A stretch of 64,000 nucleotides of DNA from assembly GCA_035541975.1 (NCBI GenBank), contig DATKMH010000040.1:211940-275939 (forward strand), written 5' to 3'. A program made the position numbers and the translations under genes. Shown in pieces: positions 59,600 to 64,000 of this stretch (its first letter is position 1; each line of letters starts with the position of its first letter). The notes under the pieces were generated by a model. The model was given only the letters and a program-made list of their open reading frames with translations. It had not been told where the DNA came from and did no database searches. Origin of the DNA: Terracidiphilus sp. Its GTDB lineage: Bacteria > Acidobacteriota > Terriglobia > Terriglobales > Acidobacteriaceae.

Positions 59600-60030
59600 T
59601 CGTTGGGCGTTCGACGCAGGGTCCACACAACGTGAATACGATCCACAGGGGATTTGCGAGCACATGTGGGAGGCGTGGGAAAGAGGAGCGGCTTTCGAGG
59701 GAGAGCGACTTGATTTCCGGCTTGTTCGAGCAGGCATGTCGGGTTTTAGAAAACGCGGACAGTGGGCAAGCTGCTCCTATGAAGTGACTTTGCGCTGATT
59801 CCCACTTTTCCGAATCGAACTACGGGTACTACTGCTTTATTTATCTCTCTTCTCATCTACAAAGACCCCTCCGTAGAACAGAGCGCCAGCGCACGAAGTG
59901 AACGTGTGGGCAGATGGATGGGAACGGGCGCTTCGCAGATGACGCAGGCTCAGGCGCAGTACACAGAATTCACAGAATGGACCATGTTTTCCACGAGCGC
60001 ATGGTTTCAAGGGTGAATACAATCGGGAGG
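59600..60030. other. Candidate replication origin (oriC) upstream of dnaN
   Basis: Several degenerate DnaA-box-like 9-mers, trio-like CTA.GTA.CTA.CTG.CTT run and AT/pyrimidine tract at about 59820-59860. Confidence 0.45.
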
Positions 60031-60174
60031 AAGAAAAAGTGCCGTTTCCGATGAGCCGCAAGCTGTTATAGAGTTGGGGCATAGGGCGCGGCTCGAGCGG
60101 GCAGGGGTGGGCGTATGCCGAGTGCGGAAGCCGAGATCGAGAAGCGGGTCGGGGGATCAGCCGAGGGGGCAGCA

Positions 60175-61296
60175 ATGGAGATTAGCGTAAGCCGCCAGGA
60201 TCTGGTGAAGGAACTTACAGCGACGCAGAGCGTGGTGGAGCGGAAGACCACGATCCCGATCCTCTCCAATTTTCTGCTCGAAGCGGACGAAGACAAGCTG
60301 AACATTACCGCGACGGATCTGGACCAGGCGATCAGGACGAGCGCGCCGGTGAAGGTGAAGAAACCGGGGTCATGCACAATTCCCGCGCGCAAACTGTACG
60401 ACTACATCAAGCTGCTGCCTGACGGAGACATTTCAATCAAGCTGCTTGAGAACCACTGGGTGCAGATTCGCAGCGGGCGATCGAACACGAAGATGGTGGG
60501 CATGGCGAGGGCGAATTACCCGCAGGTGCCCGAGTTTCCGACGATCGCGGCCACAAGCATTTCGCTTGCATCGCTGCGTACGCTGATTGCGCGAACGATC
60601 TTTGCGATTTCGAATGAGGAGTCGCGCTACACGCTGAACGGCGCGCTGCTGGTGCTGAAAGCTGAGTCCATGGCGATGGTGGCGACCGATGGACACAGGT
60701 TGTCGTTCGTCGAAAAGCCGGGCGAGACGCTTGAAGGCATCAGCGGAGAAAAGCGCGTGCTGATTCCAAGAAAAGCGCTGCAGGAGCTGCAACTGCTTTT
60801 GGCGAATTCAGAAGCAGAAAAGGTTGAGTTTGCCGATGACGAGCACACGCTGTTTTTCCGCGTGGGGCACCGCACGCTTTCAAGCCGCAAGCTGACCGGG
60901 CAGTTCCCGAACTTCGAAGCGGTGATGCCGCGCGACAATACGAAATTCGCAGTGGTGCGGTCGAGCGAGCTCTCTGCGGCCATCCAGCGCGTGGCTCAGT
61001 TCGCCGACGAGCGCTCGGGAGCGATCCGGATGAAGCTTGAAGACAACGAGCTGAAGGTGAGCGCGAATTCCACCGAGACAGGCGAGAGCGAAGATACGAT
61101 CGATACGCCGTATTCATCGGAGGCAATCACGGTCGGATTCAACTCTGGCTACATTCTGGACTTCCTGAAGGCGCTGGATAATGCGGGCGAGGTGCGGCTT
61201 GAGTTTAAAGACGCGCAGTCGGCCGGCCAGATGCGGCCCGAAGATCCTGACGCCGAGTTCAAGTACCGCTACGTGCTGATGCCGATGCGCATCTGA
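60175..61296 (+). CDS. dnaN: DNA polymerase III beta clamp
   Basis: 'KTTIPILSN', 'ATDLD', 'VATDGHRL', 'GQFPNF', 'VLMPMRI'. Confidence 0.97.
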   Translation: MEISVSRQDLVKELTATQSVVERKTTIPILSNFLLEADEDKLNITATDLDQAIRTSAPVKVKKPGSCTIPARKLYDYIKLLPDGDISIKLLENHWVQIRSGRSNTKMVGMARANYPQVPEFPTIAATSISLASLRTLIARTIFAISNEESRYTLNGALLVLKAESMAMVATDGHRLSFVEKPGETLEGISGEKRVLIPRKALQELQLLLANSEAEKVEFADDEHTLFFRVGHRTLSSRKLTGQFPNFEAVMPRDNTKFAVVRSSELSAAIQRVAQFADERSGAIRMKLEDNELKVSANSTETGESEDTIDTPYSSEAITVGFNSGYILDFLKALDNAGEVRLEFKDAQSAGQMRPEDPDAEFKYRYVLMPMRI

Positions 61297-61336
61297 TCCT
61301 GGCAAATTTGCGGGAGCGCTTTTGTTCAGGCTCTTC

Positions 61337-61933
61337 ATGACCCCACGACTGACGCTGCTCCTAGTGCTGTTGCTGCCCGCCGCAGGCATCCGCGCGCAAA
61401 CCGATGGCCCATCGCAAAAGCCACCGAAGCTTCAGCTCTATGGCGGGTACGCATTTCTCTCCAACTCATTCAATGGGCTGCCCGGGGCGCGCCATCCGTT
61501 GAATGGGTGGAATGCCTCTTTCGGACTGCAGGCGTGGCGCTTCATTCGCTTCAAAGTCGATGTTTCACAATACCTGGGAACGAACACGGGAGCATCACAG
61601 AACTCGTTGTTCATTGCAGCCGGCGCGCAGTTCTACAAACGGATCGGCAGAGAAACCATTTTTGCTGAGGGGCTGATGGCGCCGAACTCCGGCGACCTGA
61701 CGAGAGATTGGGGACCGAACCACACACCGGGCGAGACTGCTTCATTCGCTGGGATTCTTGGCGGCGGGGTCGATACGCCGGTGTCGCGCCGGGTTGCGAT
61801 TCGGGTGGAGGGTGACTATCAATACACGAATTTCCAGCTTCTGAACAACGCGCAAGAGCTTGTGCCGGTGCGCACGCCGGGGATTCCGAACAACTTTGCG
61901 CGGATCACGAGCGGGCTGGTGTGGAGCTTTTAG
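61337..61933 (+). CDS. Outer-membrane beta-barrel protein
   Basis: Signal peptide, 'LYGGY', 'GGGVD', terminal 'GLVWSF'. Confidence 0.8.
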   Translation: MTPRLTLLLVLLLPAAGIRAQTDGPSQKPPKLQLYGGYAFLSNSFNGLPGARHPLNGWNASFGLQAWRFIRFKVDVSQYLGTNTGASQNSLFIAAGAQFYKRIGRETIFAEGLMAPNSGDLTRDWGPNHTPGETASFAGILGGGVDTPVSRRVAIRVEGDYQYTNFQLLNNAQELVPVRTPGIPNNFARITSGLVWSF

Positions 61934-62022
61934 CTCAGTCCGCGTTGAGAACTTCGGTTCCCGCCGTAACAAGTTAGGACAAGGCACGCATGGAGTGGCG
62001 GATCGAGCGCCAAGCTCGTCCG

Positions 62023-62910
62023 CTACGCCGCGGCGGGGGTTTTGAGGAAGTTGAGGGCGCGGATCAAATAAGCCTTGAGCGCGTGGCGATGCACGACGGC
62101 GTCGAGGAAGCCTTTTTCAAGCAGGAACTCGGAGCGCTGAAATCCCTCTGGAAGTTTTTGCCGGATGGTCTGCTCGATGACGCGGGGGCCGGCGAAGCCG
62201 ATCAATGCGCCGGGCTCGGCGATATTCAGGTCGCCCAGCATGGCGAAGCTGGCGGTGACGCCGCCAGTGGTCGGGTCGGTGAGGATGCAGATGTAGGGCA
62301 CGCGCGCGTCGTCGAGCTGAGCCAGCGCGGTGGAGATTTTGGCCATTTGCATCAGGCTCACGACGCCTTCCATCATGCGCGCCCCGCCTGAAGCAGCGAC
62401 GATAATGAGAGGCTTCTGCGTTTCGCGGGCGCGATCGACTGCACGCGCAATGGTTTCGCCGACTACGGCGCCCATCGACCCGCCGATAAAACCGTACTCC
62501 ATGGCACTCAACACGACTTCATGGGGGCCGATATTTCCCAGCGCGTTCAGGATTGCGTCGTCGAGGCCAGTTTCCTGACGCGCGTTGCGCAGGCGCTGCT
62601 TATAGGGCTTGATGTCAGTGAAGTTCAAAGGATCGGTGGAGCGCAGGCCGGCGTCGACGAGCGTATAGCCGGGCTCGAGAAGCGTGTCAATGCGCTCCCG
62701 GGCGCTGAGCTTGAAATGGTGCTGGCACTTGGGACAGACCAGCAGATTCGCTTCAAGGTCCTGACGGTAGATGGGTTGGCGGCAGCCGGGACATTTGACC
62801 CATAGGCCCTCGGTGCGGACATTTCGGGCGCCCGACTCGGGGCCGTTCTCTCCTTCGGGACCACCGGGCCCCGTGGAGAACTCGCCATTTTCGCGTTTAA
62901 ACCACGACAT
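62023..62910 (-). CDS. accD: Acetyl-CoA carboxylase carboxyltransferase beta subunit
   Basis: 'LWVKCPGC..CPKC', 'GGSMG', 'SGGARM', 'PTTGGVTASF'; start moved to 62910. Confidence 0.96.
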   Translation of the reverse strand: MSWFKRENGEFSTGPGGPEGENGPESGARNVRTEGLWVKCPGCRQPIYRQDLEANLLVCPKCQHHFKLSARERIDTLLEPGYTLVDAGLRSTDPLNFTDIKPYKQRLRNARQETGLDDAILNALGNIGPHEVVLSAMEYGFIGGSMGAVVGETIARAVDRARETQKPLIIVAASGGARMMEGVVSLMQMAKISTALAQLDDARVPYICILTDPTTGGVTASFAMLGDLNIAEPGALIGFAGPRVIEQTIRQKLPEGFQRSEFLLEKGFLDAVVHRHALKAYLIRALNFLKTPAAA

Positions 62911-63064
62911 ACCGAAGCTAATTGTATATGGATGGGCTGAAATGCTGGTCGCAAACAGATGCAGCGAGCCGGTAAAACCTTTGTGCCGCCGCACAGTGAC
63001 AACGTGCTGTGATGGCCGACATGATCCGTTCAGATGTCGCGGAAAAATGGCCAGGACTTTAGCC

Positions 63065-63093
63065 TTGACAACCATCCTATACCTGTTTAGTCT
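63065..63093 (+). promoter_or_regulatory. Sigma70-type promoter of padR operon
   Basis: TTGACA-N17-TAGTCT. Confidence 0.6.
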
Positions 63094-63114
63094 ATGCCTG
63101 TAGCGAACAAGCCT

Positions 63115-63465
63115 ATGGCAGAAGCCAATACGCGTGATTTGTTTCCCGGCGCGCTTGAGATGATGATCCTCGAGTCGCTTCGTCGCCAGCCAGCTCACGG
63201 CTACGCGCTCGTGCTCCACATTCAGCAACGGTCAAACAACCTGCTGCAAGTGGAAGAGGGCTCGCTCTATCCTGCGCTGCAGCGGTTGCTGAAAGCGAAG
63301 CTGGTGAAGGCCGAGTGGGGCATCTCGACCACGAATCGCCGGGTGAGAACCTATCAGATCACAGCATCGGGTCTGCGCCATCTGGAGAAGCAGATTTCCA
63401 GCTTTGAGCGCATGCTCGAAGGTATTTCGCTGGTCCTCGATCAAGGCACATCCATTGCCAATTAA
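63115..63465 (+). CDS. PadR family transcriptional regulator
   Basis: 'HGY', 'EEGSLYPALQRL', 'NRRVRTY'. Confidence 0.92.
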   Translation: MAEANTRDLFPGALEMMILESLRRQPAHGYALVLHIQQRSNNLLQVEEGSLYPALQRLLKAKLVKAEWGISTTNRRVRTYQITASGLRHLEKQISSFERMLEGISLVLDQGTSIAN

Positions 63466-63477
63466 AGAGAGTTTCCT

Positions 63478-64000
63478 ATGAGCTGGATTCCAGCCATTTT
63501 CCGCCGCCGCAAGCTCTTCGAAGATTTGAATGAGGAAATGCGCCTGCACATTGAAGAGCGCGTGGAGCAATTGGTCAGTGAGGGGTCGAGCCACCAAGAA
63601 GCCGAGCAAGCTGCGCGGCGAGCGTTTGGGAATCTCACTGTTCTGGAAGAGCGAAGCCGCGAGGTTTGGCAATGGACGACACTCGAGTCCATCTGGGCCG
63701 ACGTGCGCTATTCGCTGCGCCAACTGAAGAAATCTCCCGGTTTCTCATTTACTGTGATCCTGTCGCTCACGGTGGGTCTGGGAGCGAACACCACTATTTT
63801 CACGTTTGTGAATGCGCTGCTGCTGAGGCCGCCTGCGGTGGCCGACGGCGGACAGCTCATAGAGGTGATGACGCACAATGCGAAAGCTTCAGGGATCGAA
63901 GCGTATTCGAATTTGAGTTATCCGGGGTACGTCGATCTTCGCGACCACAACCGCAGCCTTTCCGGCTTTGCGGCGTTCGATGGGGATCCACACGTCGTTA
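63478..64000 (+). CDS. ADOP/MacB-like ABC permease, 3'-truncated by window edge
   Basis: Translated by eye: MSWIPAIFRRRK..DLNEEMRLH..ARRAFGN..DVRYSLRQL.KSPGF..GLGANT; follows padR. Confidence 0.88.
   Translation, partial: MSWIPAIFRRRKLFEDLNEEMRLHIEERVEQLVSEGSSHQEAEQAARRAFGNLTVLEERSREVWQWTTLESIWADVRYSLRQLKKSPGFSFTVILSLTVGLGANTTIFTFVNALLLRPPAVADGGQLIEVMTHNAKASGIEAYSNLSYPGYVDLRDHNRSLSGFAAFDGDPHVV

Overview
High-GC bacterial chromosome segment. The gene content (PadR plus ADOP-type permease, DUF4252, DUF5666, heptamer intergenic repeats) points to Acidobacteriota; this is an inference. The window looks origin-proximal. It has parB-parA with three parS sites, rsmG, mnmE, jag/khpB and dnaN, but no dnaA, mnmG or yidC. 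Other housekeeping genes are rsmI, rsmD, mutM, hinT, folC, plsC, accD and a probable 6S RNA. Accessory genes include a TolC-MFP-RND pump, GH27 and GH39 glycosidases, egtBD, a molybdopterin oxidoreductase and deoC with an ALDH16-like enzyme. Four observations stand out. (1) A two-gene operon encodes a zinc-ribbon-decorated M48 pseudo-protease and a 353-aa protein with no K, R or H (11.7-14.6 kb). (2) A block after mnmE (31.7-45.3 kb) holds an MrpA-less Mrp module in Mbh-like gene order, divergent from a GMC dehydrogenase operon whose cytochrome c subunit appears replaced by a duplicated four-His membrane protein. (3) A roughly 520-nt leader precedes an Arg/Gln-rich disordered protein with a pseudo-receiver domain, next to the 6S RNA. 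(4) A candidate oriC lies upstream of dnaN, detached from dnaA. No CRISPR array, tRNA, rRNA, integrase or transposase was recognised. All calls come from reading sequence and motifs by eye; no searches were run. Several start codons were moved from the ORF track using SD or -10 context.
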